Assembly: GCF_037042905.1 (NCBI RefSeq)
Contig: NC_087251.1
Coordinates: 992,001 to 1,056,000, forward strand
DNA length: 64,000 nt
From: Lytechinus pictus
Taxonomy: Eukaryota
Reading direction: 5' to 3'
Made by a program: the position numbers and the translations under genes. This document shows, one piece after another, positions 1-11,939 of the stretch. Position 1 is the first letter of the stretch; the number at the start of each line of letters is the position of its first letter. The notes beneath the pieces are model-generated. The model ran no database searches and had not been told where the DNA came from. It saw only the letters and a list, made by a program, of their open reading frames with translations.

Positions 1-1089
1 ATGACTATCTTCCTATTCCTCTTGCTAAGCGCGAGATGAAACACAAGGGACAATTTAATTATCAAATTAATATCATATTCATTAATGCCTAATGAGGGCG
101 CGAAATCTGATGATATTATGGCATAAAACTGGAAATTTCACTTTTGTAATTATGAATAGGATGCATCAGTTAATATATTTTTAACCATTAATGCGAGCGC
201 AAATCGCGAGCTAAAATTTTTGATAAACTGTCATGAAAAGGGGATTTTAAGTAGTTTGTTGTATAATCAATATTGAAACATACATAACTCGCCAATAAAA
301 ATGCCAGCGTGCAGCGCTAGCTGATACGTCTTGACAATCAGACCTGAAAAAGGATATTTTGAAGACTTTATGGAATACACAAAAATAATAAGTACCTGAT
401 AAATCAAAATTTGCGAGCACGCAGCGCAAGCAGCAATGTTGATAAAATTATTCAGACCATAAAACTGACATTTTTACAGAGCACTTTTTAAAAACCTAAT
501 GTGTAAATCACACAAAATAATGAAAGTTCGATTTCCGAGATGAAATATGTTTTGTATATTGACTTCCAAACTTGATATTTGAGCTCCATATTGAACAAGA
601 TACGTAAATCACCTAACAGGCAATGCGAACGCGAAGCGCGAGCGAAAATTTTATATGGTGGCACGAAAGATTCTTTTTATTTTCCAAGTCTTCCCCTCGT
701 CTTATTTTATGCACTCGTTGTCCTTCTCTTTTTTTCTCCTCTCTTTCTCTCCTTTTTTTCCTTTTTCCTTCTTCCCTTCTTCCCTTTTTTTTTCTTTTTT
801 TTTGCTCCGCCAATAGGGGGGAGGGGGGGCCCTCGGCCCCCTGGATCCGCCTATGGGGACAAGGGGCGGGAAAATTTGACAAGCAAAAAAAAGGTTATCA
901 TCCCAAAAGTACGGTCATCTCGTCCCAACTCGTCCCAAAATACATGTTTTATTTCGATTTAGAATGATGTATTTCTTACCATCATAAAAGACCAAAAATA
1001 GTAGGGGGGACATTTGATATTGTGTCCCCCCTACTATTTTGAGTAGGGGGGACACGTCCCCCCTGTCCCCCCTGGGATTTCCGCCCATG
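1..1089. repeat. Cluster of degenerate non-autonomous repeat fragments (GCGAGCGCGAAGCGCGAGC-motif family and MITE termini)
   Basis: Recurrent gcgagcg/gcgcgagc motifs, also seen on the other strand at about 27850-28480. MITE-like ends cccctggatccgcctatg (about 855) and cctgggatttccgcccatg (1089). Confidence 0.5.
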
Positions 1090-1402
1090 TCTCTTTAACT
1101 TGTTTTATATGCCACATCAATTCCATTCCTTCAATAGCAGGGGTCAAGCTTTTCATAGGCAGGTTTCCTTGATGTTGTAGAAAGGTTGGATTTTTTAATG
1201 AAAACATTGTTGAATATTGTTTCTTTAGGTCTTTATCTCCACATGGCTAATCATTTCCAAAGTGATACTGGAGATAAGTTCTAATATTCTTCTGATTGAT
1301 GGTTGTTTATTGGTCTTAAAGCCAGTATTTTTAGCAGATGTTGTTCAAATTTCTTTCAGAGTTTATATTCTCTTAGTTTCCCTTACCTTGTATTGAATGA
1401 TA

Positions 1403-1613
1403 CACAGTGAAAACGCTGTTTAAGATTTTATACGGCGCTGTTTACTGTATGGACCTTGCAGTGTTTGTTTAACCGTTTAAACAATCATATTTAATTTATT
1501 GAAAATTAGATATTGAAAATTAAACTTTAAACACTTGTTTAAACTGTTTGAACAATTGCTGTAGGGTTCGTATGGTGGACAGCGTTGTATATATATATAT
1601 ATTTTTTACTGTG
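1403..1613. mobile_element. MITE with CAC...GTG termini and TA target-site duplication (TSD), copy 1
   Basis: TA|CACAGTGAAAA...TTTTTACTGTG|TA; homologous to 2065-2261. Confidence 0.8.
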
Positions 1614-2064
1614 TACTACACCAGCCACATTGCCTAGCAAATAGTTTTTCCCAGATGTTATGATTTACTTTAAAATGAGGTGGTACAGAAGATTGATGAT
1701 ATGGAGTTTTCTTCCCCCTTCTGGAAATTCTCTCACATCATATATCATCAAAATGATACTGAAATCTACTATGAAACCTAATTTTACCATGTTATCATGT
1801 TGATTTAAAAACGACTTAGAGATTGAATCAAAGTTTTCATTTTACACTGCTAACGAGCCTCGACCTTCTTAGGCATAACATACTGAGTTGTATTTCATAT
1901 AATTTTTAGTATCATAAAAATGGTGCATTTTGTATTTATAATCTATTATCTGCATTTACCACAGAGAGCTGCTATCGTCATTTCATTACATTTTAATGAT
2001 CGTCTGAGGGATCATTTGATTTTTCCAGTGTTTTTAAAAATTGAATATAATGCATGATGTATTA

Positions 2065-2261
2065 CACAGTAAAAACGCTGTTTAAGATTTTGTGCGGCGC
2101 TGTTTCCTATGTGAGCCTTGCAGTGTTTGTTTAACTTTTTAAACAATCATGTTTAATTTCATGAAGATCAGATATTGAAAATTGACTTTGTAAACACTTG
2201 TTGAGCGATTGCTGTGTGGTTCATATGGTGAACAGCGTTGTATAATTTTTTTTTTAATGTG
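2065..2261. mobile_element. Same MITE family, copy 2
   Basis: TA|CACAGTAAAAACGCTG...TTTTTAATGTG|TA; aligns along its length with 1403-1613. Confidence 0.8.
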
Positions 2262-2325
2262 TAGGCCCACTCAGTGCGTCAATCATACCTGGAACATCCA
2301 AGCATTTTCTATCCCTTTAAAATCA

Positions 2326-5300
2326 TTTTTTTCTTGCTCATAAAACAAGGGGTGCTGGTTTGCTCATGCTCTTGTGTGGTTCGGTTCCTTGCCGTATTTA
2401 TGTTGCATCGTACGGTCATAGCTATGACAGGTTTATAGGTACGGCACCCGTTTATTTCGCTATTGATTGCTTTGCACGCATGGCAACGAAATCACTATGT
2501 GATTATGATTTGAATTCTTCACAATCACGAGCATCGCGTTTTTTTTTCACATTTGATTGTTGCCTAAATTGTAGGGTTAGAATGATGCACTTAGTTATAA
2601 TCTGTAGAAGGTCTTTGCAGACTTTATGCTAAGCATGCATGCTCAAATTCTATTAAGTTCATCTTTCATTATTTGAATGAATGTTAAACATCTTGATTCT
2701 TGAGGACTTTCTCAACCGGGATGTATATTTCTTTTTGGTTTCTGAACCATGGTGACCATCATTCCAAAAGGTCATGATATGTCATCGGTTTGTTTAGGAT
2801 CCCGTTCGGATCTATTTTTAGTTTCTTTTTATATGTTAATTGGGGGTAGCTGGCCAATGCCTAATGTATTGTTTATTGCCGCCAATCAAGCACATTTGCC
2901 GTTTTTTCTTGTTTTTTGCCTTTTTGTGTGATTGTTCATGTGTTACTGTGTGTCCTGTTTTGTCTTGTTTTTTGTGTAACTGTTCTTCACATTCTATTCC
3001 ACTTTTATTTCCTTAACTATGGCTGCTAACACCAATGCTCCATTTCACTACTTGGATAATGATGAATTATACGACGCTTTTCAGTCTGATCTAGATACCA
3101 ATTTCAATGAAAATTCAAATAAAGCTTTTCACAATTTAGTTGCCCAGTCCATGAACTCCCAAAACAATAATCTTGATTCTGTCTCCGATCCAAATGATAG
3201 TACCTATCAGCATGCACCTTCCTATTATTTTTCAGAAAGTCAAGTTGCAAGTAAACATTTAAACAACAGTAAAGATGATTTTTTAATGTTACATTGCAAT
3301 ATTCGCAGTGCCAATAAAAATGTTGATGCTTTGCATTCCCTTCTACTTAATTCGAAACTCAACTGTTCAGTTATAGGTTTGTCAGAAACCTGGTTTACTT
3401 CTGAAACTGATTTAACATTTTTTTCACTTCCTGGTTATAATTTGATTACGAATAATAGGACAGAAAAAACAGGTGGCGGTATATGTTTGTATATTTCTGA
3501 ACAGTACGAGTATAGGCTGAGGCCAGAATTGAACCGCATGAATAACTCTATAGAAAGTTTATTTATTGAAGTAGTTATTCCAAGTGATAAAAACATTGTA
3601 ATTGGGGTTATTTACAGACCTCCAAACTATCTTCGTGATGACTTTTTGAACAATTTCAATGAATTACTAAATCACCCCATCATGCTTCATAAAAACTGCT
3701 TTTTACTAGGGGATTTTAATGCAGACCTCTTAAAATATGATTCAGATGCATTCATACAAAAATTCATGGATTCATTTCTTACTGCGGGTTTTTTACCAGC
3801 AATTACTAAACCTACCAGAATTTCTACCAACTCGGCCAGTCTTATTGATAATGTCTTTACAAATGTACGACTTGCGCTGTCATCTGGCATAATTCTTTCC
3901 GATCTATCTGACCATTTTCCAATATTCCTCCATTTCCAACTCAATAATGGTTTCTCGGCAAACTCGGCTTCTTTTCACATACAACGTGATTTTTCTGAAA
4001 ACAATATAGAACATTTTATGCAAGAGCTAGAAAACACAGACTGGTCTGGAATCTACACTATAGAAAATGCAAATGATGCCTTTGAATCATTCATGAGCAT
4101 AACATCTTCTAAGATGGATCACTGTTTTCCTTTAATCCGAAAAAAAAAATCTAACAACAAAAAGATTCCAAGGTCCCCATGGGTCTCCAAGGGTATTTTA
4201 CGATCCATTAATAGAAAGAATAATCTTTATTTAAAATCAATTGTTAAACCATGTGATAAAAACAAGAAAAAGTACAAAGATTACAAGAACATTCTTACTG
4301 GTATACTTAGGAAAAGTAAAAAAAAGTATTTTTGTAATCAGTTTCAATTATTCAAAAATGATATACAAAATACCTGGAAAATAATTTAGAATGGTTTGCA
4401 TGGTAATTAAAAAAAATCTATTGTTTCAAAAATAAATGTTGATGGCGAAATTATAGAAAATCCACTTACTTTGGCCAACACTTTCAATGATTATTTTTCC
4501 AGCATAGGCCCAAATCTTGCCAGACTCATTCCAGACTCTCCTAACCACTTTACTGATTTTCTTCATGACCCCAACCCAAATTCAATATATTTTTCTCCTA
4601 CAGATGAGGCAGAAATTGCGGATATAATTCATGGCTTAAAAAATAAGCAAAGCTCGGGGCATGATGGCATCAATAACATTTTGTTAAAAAAGAATTGTAA
4701 TACCATTGCTAAACCCTTGGCATATATCTATAATTTATGTATGTCTACTGGGATTGTTCCTTCATCGCTGAAACTAGCTCGAGTTATACCTGTATTTAAA
4801 AAAGGTGACAGTACTGCGTTAGGTAATTATCGACCCATATCACTGCTGACCTGTTTGTCTAAAGTACTTGAAAAATTGATATTTGTTCGTACGACGAAAT
4901 TCTTTAATTTGCATGATTCATTTTATCCCTTGCAATTTGGTTTTCGTGAAAATCATAATACTACACATGCATTATTAACAATAGTTGATAAGATTGCCAG
5001 CGGAATCGACAAGTTCCAACATACTGTTGGGGTGTTCCTGGACTTCTCCAAGGCTTTTGATACCATTAATCATGACATTTTATTACACAAACTTAATTAC
5101 TATGGAGTCAGGGGAATAGCCTTGGAGTGGTTCAGGAACTACCTAGACAATAGAAAACAATTTGTCTCTTTCGAAAACTTTAACTCCGAAACAAAACTTG
5201 TTACTTGTGGGGTTCCGCAAGGCTCTATTTTGGGTCCCCTACTTTTTCTTATATACATAAATGATTTTCGTAAGTCCTCCAATAATTTATCATTTATTCT

Positions 5301-6770
5301 GTTTGCTGACGATTCTAATATTTTTTTCTCCCATAAGGATCCACGCCATTTGCTTGCCACCATTAATCACGAACTAGTACATGTATCTGAATGGATCAAA
5401 GCTAATAAACTATCCCTTAATCTCCAAAAAACAAATTATATGCTCTTTAGTAATATCATAGATGAACTTCCAGGTAATATAATTTTTGAAAATACTAATT
5501 TACAAAGAGTTGGCAGTACTAAATTTCTTGGGGTAACCATTGATAATAATCTTTCCTGGAAAGAGCACGTTGATCACATTTGTAAAATTATTTCGAGAAA
5601 TATTGGTATCATAAACAAAGTAAAATTTTTCTTTCCCACTCATATACTATTTAATTTGTATTCAACTTTGATCCTGCCTCATTTAAACTACGGTATAACA
5701 GCATGGGGGAATTGTGCTGACTGCCTCCTGAACAGAATTTTACTTTTACAGAAAAAGGCTATTCGTATTATTTGTCATGCAGATTTTCGTTCACACACTG
5801 ACGAACTTTTCTATAAATATAATATTTTGAAGATTGGTGACTTGTATCGATACAATCTCGGAAAACTCATGTATAGTTTAGATAAAAATGAACTTCCAAA
5901 TATTTTTTATTCCATGTTTACAAAAAATGTCGATATTCATCATTATCCTACTAGGTCCGCCGGGCTCTTTCATCCACCAAGAGCGAAAACCATCCTTTTA
6001 AATAAAACATTTATTTTTACAGGTATCAAACTTTGGAACTCCCTTATAGAATCATTACGTAACAAGCCAACACATTTAAGTTTCAGTCGAGGGTTAAAGA
6101 AAATTCTTATCCTTGGGTATAAACCCCAGAACTTAAACATTTCTGTATAAGCAGCTACCACCTCTTGTTCTTCTTCCCTTCTTATTTTCTTCCTTCTTCT
6201 CTTTCCCCCTCCCTCTCACATTTCTTTTTTTCTCTCTCTCTCTTCCTATCACCTTAATGTCTAGTTCTATTGCTTTTCTTATTTTCCTGCTTGTCTATGT
6301 TTTGTAGTTTGTTTTGTTTTGTTTCTTTTCCTTTTTTTTCTGTCTTGTCCTGTTTTGTTTTTGTTTGTGTGCCTTTTTTGTTTTTGTCTTTGTTTTGCTT
6401 TTAGTATCTGTCCTGTCTTGTCCAAGTGATTGTCTGTTCACACACTCCTGAACTCATGTATTTTTTTTTATACAGCAGGGGTATATATGATATAATATTT
6501 TTTGTTAATTGTAACATAGTAGGCTTAAAAAGCTTGACCCCACTAGTATTCTTTTTCATTGTACAAACCTTTTTAATTTACGATTTGAATTTTATTGATC
6601 AAAGATATACTTTAATCAACTATTTATTGCAGGGAACCCATACTAACAAGCTTTGCTTTCCAGTGGGTTCCCTTTTTTCATTTCTGTATATTATACTTTT
6701 GTGTTTTGCTATACATTGTAACTTTTGTTAAATTTTGGAATGAAAAAGAATAAATGCAATGCAATCAATC
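2326..6770 (+). mobile_element. 5'-truncated LINE of the L2/Crack (CR1 group) type
   Basis: APE+RT ORF2, T-rich upstream spacer, 3' UTR stem-loop GGGAACCCA...TGGGTTCCC (6632-6672), AATAAA at 6748 followed by a (CAAT)n-like tail. The 5' boundary is approximate. Confidence 0.85.
3019..6150 (+). pseudogene. LINE ORF2 (apurinic-like endonuclease + reverse transcriptase) with two in-frame stops
   Basis: APE motifs LSETW, GGG, IYRPP, GDFN, IDN, SDH; RT motifs YRPISLL, QFGFR, DFSKAFD, GVPQGSILGP, FADD, KFLG. ORFs 3019-4389 and 4471-6150 share a frame; stops are TAG 4387-4389 and TAA 4408-4410. Confidence 0.93.
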
Positions 6771-6901
6771 AATCATCATTATCATTACCACCATTATCAT
6801 CATCATCATGAACACCTTTGTCATGGTAATCATTTATTTTCACAATTTTATGATCAGGTTTGTCAAGGAGTTCATTTCTAAATATTTCTTTTTACAAAGA
6901 G

Positions 6902-8250
6902 GGGCAAGTCCAAGAAAAGGTCACCCTAGAAGGCAAAATTTCATCTTTGATTTAAGAAGTTATCTTTGGTGGGGTACGAAAGCCCAAATGTTGAATTCTA
7001 AAATTTCATTAAGAAAAATTTGATAATATGCATATTTATGCTAATTTGGGGCACCTAATTTGCATAATTGGTAAAATGGGCGTTACGTATGGGACAATTA
7101 TAAAAACTCATAGAAAATGAAAACAAAACTTCTGAGATTTAGTCATAGGTGGGACATGGACCCCCTATCATCTTATTACTTTTGGGGGAAAAAGTGGTGT
7201 CATCTAATTAATTATGCAAATTAGGTCTTGTCCAAGGATGGAATGTCCCATACGTAACATTTTGAGGATGTTTTTTTCTGTTATTTCTCATAATACAATA
7301 CTTGTATTGTTGCATCTCTGGGAAGTTCTAATTTATCAAGTATGAAAATGTTATACCACAAAAAGTTTCAAAAATAGAGTTTTTTTTTAATTAAAAGTTA
7401 ATTAAAAAATTGTTACGTATGGGACAACATGTTGCGTATGGGACATTTACACACAATGTCAATGGGGAGATTTGTGTACAAAGTGAATGGAGAAAAACAA
7501 AGTTCAAGAGTGCTCTAAAAAGTGATTATTTACCTTTTCTTTAGTTTTTAAAGACTGATTTGTTATGAATACTGATAAATGAAAACAATAGAAGCGAAAA
7601 AATTGTGAAAATAGAAAAATATGAAAAAAAACAAAAACAATAGAAATACATAAGAAATTCATGAAACCATGAAAACAAGAAATTTTTTTTTGTTGTAATG
7701 GCTAATTTCCCTTTCAGTCATATCAAATATGTCTCAATAGAACATTTTAAAAGAAAGAGACTCGTTTGTTATTTCCATATTTTAAATTATTTCAATTTTT
7801 TGAATTATGGGGAAAATTATGTACGTACTCTATGGGGACAAAATGTCCCATACGTAACATGTCATTAATTTGTTTAATTAGAGTCTGTAATTAGAGGGAT
7901 TTGGCTTATGACATGAAACTTACCTTAGATATACTAGAGTATTGTGACTTCTATCACACAAAGTTACAAGTTGTCAAATGAAATACTTTCAGAGAATTCT
8001 CAAAGTTCTTGAAAAAAATGTTTTTAAAATGGTCTTTTTTCTGCGTCCCATATGTAACGGCACATCTTTTCTCCCTAAAAGGTCAAGGTCAAGGTCATGT
8101 ATCACCATTTTTTGCATGATTATTCTTCTCCTAGATGTCTACCATCATTAGGGTATTCAATCTAATCAAAGTCATTTAACACTATTTTTCAGGTCATTAA
8201 AGCCTCTGAAATGTCCCATACGTAACGCGCGCGAATTCTTGGACTTGCCC
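6902..8250. mobile_element. Non-autonomous DNA transposon, Sola2-like (GGG termini, 4-bp TSD)
   Basis: 15-bp terminal inverted repeat (TIR) GGGCAAGTCCAAGAA/TTCTTGGACTTGCCC flanked by AGAG on both sides. About 7 internal copies of GTTACGTATGGGACA in both orientations. The superfamily is inferred from termini and TSD only. Confidence 0.8.
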
Positions 8251-8319
8251 AGAGACCACCTAATTCCTCCTTATGAGACATAAAAATTCTAGTAATTATA
8301 ATCATTATTGCCATCTTTA

Positions 8320-8875
8320 AGGGGAATCCAACCCAAACAAAAACTTGTTTTTAGAGGAAAAAGGAAAATCAAACAATGAGAAAGTTATGAATTTTCAAAA
8401 GCTGTGAATATTGGTAATCACTATAACCATGGAGACTTCAAATTGGCCGCATACGTGATGTCATAGTGATGTAAGGCAAGGACTACTTTTCAATTACTCC
8501 AATACATAAATTGGCTAAAATTACATTTTTTTCAAAAGTTTTTCTTCAAATTATATTTTCTTTCATGAGGACATAAAACAATATACTACCTGGGCTATAT
8601 TTAGATTACTGCCCCAGGGGAATGGGTACTTAAGAGAAAACCACAAATCACTGATAATAAAGTACATGGCCTATGGGAAAGTTGTCCTTGCCCCTAGTCA
8701 TAATATTCTTACCCAGTTGCCAATTTGAAATCTACATAGTCTTAGGGATCTTAATTTTAAAACAGCCATAACTTTCTTATTGCTTGTCCGATTGCTTTCA
8801 AACTTTCACAATTCTGTTTTAATTATTTTTCATCCTTTCAAACACATGATTTTATGACCAAGGCTGAATTCCCCT
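8320..8875 (+). mobile_element. Kolobok-like MITE (AGGGGAATCC family), copy 1
   Basis: AGGGGAAT...ATTCCCCT termini at TTAA-like sites; homologous to 59713-60307. Confidence 0.8.
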
Positions 8876-9382
8876 TTAATCACTATATTGCCATCATGAA
8901 CTTCTTCAGCTCTATAAGTTCAGGCCACAATTGGGTCAGAACTTCAGACAAGTTTTATTGCGCATTTTTGAGGCTACTATATTCGCTATAAGCAAATGGC
9001 ACAATTTTTTTATTTCCTGTAAATGAAATCTGTCTAATATGGAGACATTGTTGTGTATTATGATGTAAGTTTACACATATATGATAAGAAGGCAGAAAGG
9101 AGTTATGCAAGGAATAAATGTAATGATGATTATTAAAAGATAAATCGCTGATGTGGTTTACGGTACACCATGTGGAGTGTTATAGAAACAGTGGATAGAA
9201 GAAGAGAAGAAATGGATAGGCGAGAAAGTGGAGATTTGAGAGTAGAGTATTCTTTCTTGAAAGTAGTCCTGAAAAGGACTGTAAACCAGGAAAGATTGAT
9301 GAGTTGAGAACAGCTTGAGTAGTAGAGCTAATGAGGAGATGCTGGCTTGAGTCGGTGAGTAGAGATGATGAGTAGTAGAGAG

Positions 9383-9423
9383 ACTCGACGTTTCGGACAG
9401 CTTGACTGTCCGTCTTCAGGAGT
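9383..9423 (-). ncRNA. Minimal type I hammerhead ribozyme in the 3' pseudo-LTR
   Basis: ACUC-CUGAAGA-C-GGACAG(UCAAG)CUGUCC-GAAAC-GUC^GAGU: hammerhead core, 6-bp stem II, 4-bp stem I, palindromic ACGU stem III. Predicted cleavage between 9387 and 9386. Confidence 0.85.
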
Positions 9424-9642
9424 GAGTGTTCGTTCGGCGTGCGGCGGTACTTGTGGCGTGCGTGTGGACGTGGGGGAAAGCGCTGGGCCGGCGGTCGCGG
9501 CGGGCTGACGTCGTAGGTGGCGCTCTGTGCGTGGGTCGGCGGTTTTGGCGGGAAACGAGTTAGCGTGGTATGCGGACGCGGTGTGTAGACGGCGGGGTGA
9601 GTTCCGGCGGCGTGTGTGTGTGTCGGCGGCGTGGTAGGTACA

Positions 9643-11430
9643 TCAGTGGTGGCGTTCTGTGCGTGTTGGTCGGCGGACTCGTCGGGTAGGCTTCGGCGGG
9701 AGTGAGTGGGTGGCCTGGTGTACGGATGAGGTGTTGGGTCGTCGGCGGAGGTTGTAGCGAAGTGTCGGTGGCGGTGGTGTGTGCGTCGGCGAAGTTGCTG
9801 GTTTGGTTGGAGATGCAATCAGACTGCTGTGTTGGGTAGGAGGGCTTGGTGGGGTGACGGTGGACGGCGGGTTGGTTGTGGATTGGTTGGAAGTTGGGTG
9901 GTGACGTAGGATTGGGTGCCAGATGCTGTTGATGTGGAGGCCAGGGTCAGGTTGTGTTGATGTATCTCAATGGCTTCTCTGACCCTTCTGGTATTCCAGT
10001 GCCGGATGTTGGTGATTAGGTGGCTCTTGTCCCAGTCTATGCGGTGATTTTCCTGTTGTGCGTGTTTGACGATGGCAGATCGGTCCCAGTCGCTGCGTCG
10101 GTGGTGGGTCTTGTGTTCCTTGAGTCTGGTGTCGAAGTCTCGGCCGGTTTCTCCAATGTAGACTTTGCCACAGTCGCAGGGGATCTTGTAGACGCCTGGT
10201 TGCTTGTTAGATGGGTGCTTGTCCTTGTGAGAGTGCAGGATGGAGTGTAGCTTGCGAGAGGATTGGTGTCTGACGAGGATGTTGGCAGAGTGAAGGATGC
10301 GTTGTAGTCGGTGTGAAGTCTTGCCGATGTAGGGAAGTACTATGGTGGCGATAGGCTTGGTTTCGGATGGGTTTCCGGTGCTGTTGGTGCTGGGTTGGTG
10401 GCTGGACGGTTGAGTGTTGATCCTTCTCCTGGGGTAATGGTTGATGGTGGTGAGTGCATTGGTCACGTGCTTGAGTTCCTGCTGTAAGTGTGTCTTGTCG
10501 CTGAGTTGGTGGGCTCGTCTGATGAGAGTGTCGGCGACTGATTGGTGGACGGATGGGTGGTGGTGTGAGCGGGAATTGAGGTAGCGGTCTGTGTGGGTGG
10601 GTTTTCGGTACACCTGGTGAGATGGGAATCCAGATGGTGTCTTGGTAATGAGAACGTCTAGAAAAGGAATTGAGTTGTCGCGTTGGGTCTCCATGGTGAA
10701 CTTGATGCTGGGGTGCTGGTGGTTGAGGTGGTTGAGAAACTGGTGAAGGTCGGGTGTGCTGTGCGGCCAGATGACAAAGGTGTCGTCGACGTAGCGGAGC
10801 CAGAGTGAAGGAGGTTTGTCCGCAGTCTTGAGTGCTTGGTGCTCAAAATGTTCCATGAAGATGTTAGCGATGATTGGTGAGAGAGGTGAACCCATGGCTG
10901 CTCCTTGTAGTTGTTTGTAGTAGTTGTTGCGCCATTTGAAGGAGTTGGAGTTGAGACAGGTGAGGAGGAGGTCGTGGATCTGGATGCGAGGTCTGGGTCG
11001 GTGATCAGGCGTTGCTTGATGATGTCACATGCTTGGTCTACAGGTACGCTGGTGAAGAGGGAGACGACATCAAAGCTGACGAGTGTGTCGGAGGGCCGGA
11101 TCTTGGTCTTGGAGACGACGTCAATGAATTGCTTAGAGTTGGTGACATGGTGCTGGGTTTGACCTACGAGTGGCTGGAGGATGTTGGCCAGATGGCGTGC
11201 TGTGTTGTAGCAGGGTGACCCGCGGGTGGAGATGATAGGACGAAGAGGAGTGTTAGGCTTGTGTATCTTGGGTTGTCCGAATAGGATTGGTGACTTGGCT
11301 GAAGAAGATCTGAGTTGGAAGTAGAGTGCCTTGGGTAGTGCGTCGGATCGGTGTAGGGTCAGCAGTTGTTGGTTGATTTTCCTTTCGTTGGCCGGAGTTG
11401 GGTCTCTGTTTGGAGTTTGGAGTAGGTGTC
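9643..11430 (-). pseudogene. Penelope-like RT/GIY-YIG ORF with frameshifts
   Basis: Conserved motifs continue across frame breaks near 11410, 10980 and 9950. The restored C-terminus DPGLHINSIWHPIL runs into a P/T/S-rich tail and stops at TGA 9645-9643. Confidence 0.88.
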
Positions 11431-11509
11431 CGTCTTCAGGAGTGAGTGTTCGCTCGGCGTGCGGCGGTACTTGTGGCGTGCGTGCGGACGTGGGGGAAAG
11501 CGAACACTC

Positions 11510-11550
11510 ACTCCTGAAGACGGACAGTCAAGCTGTCCGAAACGTCGAGT
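11510..11550 (+). ncRNA. Minimal type I hammerhead ribozyme in the inverted pseudo-LTR
   Basis: Same motif on the + strand; predicted GUC cleavage after C11546. Confidence 0.85.
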
Positions 11551-11939
11551 CTCTCTACTACTCATCATCTCTACTCGCCGACTCAAGCCAGCATCTCCTC
11601 ATTAGCTCTACTACTCAAGCTGTTCTCAACTCATCAATCTTTCCTGGTTTACAGTCCTTTTCAGGACTACTTTCAAGAAAGAATACTCTACTCTCAAATC
11701 TCCACTTTCTCGCCTATCCATTTCTTCTCTTCTTCTATCCACTGTTTCGATAACACTCCACATGGTGTACCGTAAACCACATCAGCGATTGTACATGCCA
11801 CCATGCAAACCTTCAAACAACATCTAAAAGATAAATGTTGCAATGATCAGATTTTCCATGTACAGTATAAGTGCATTAATACCTACATACATGTAACCTT
11901 GACAGATAAATCACTGTGTGTACATTACATGTGCCGATG

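Larger units (their letters stand above)
9143..11790 (-). mobile_element. Penelope-like retroelement (RT + GIY-YIG), 5'-truncated, with inverted pseudo-LTRs
   Basis: 9143-9432 is the reverse complement of about 11501-11790 (2 mismatches seen). The body encodes a PLE RT (PKIHK, PLRPII, SFDVVSLFT, AMGSPLSP, RYVDD) and a GIY-YIG endonuclease (GVYKIPC..CGKVYIGETGR). No clear TSD. Confidence 0.95.

Noticed and set aside
579..967. Overlapping 89-127 aa ORFs
   Set aside because: Translations of a polypyrimidine tract and MITE ends; no domain.
1090..1900. Possible very old minus-strand LINE RT remnant (FDSISKSFL...KLGF)
   Set aside because: One weak motif with many stops; not enough to call.
9180..9818. 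212-aa ORF as a second Penelope gene, and the related ORF 11331-11753
   Set aside because: Non-ATG start in low-complexity, C-rich, stop-poor sequence running through the pLTR. The conserved protein continues in a different frame.
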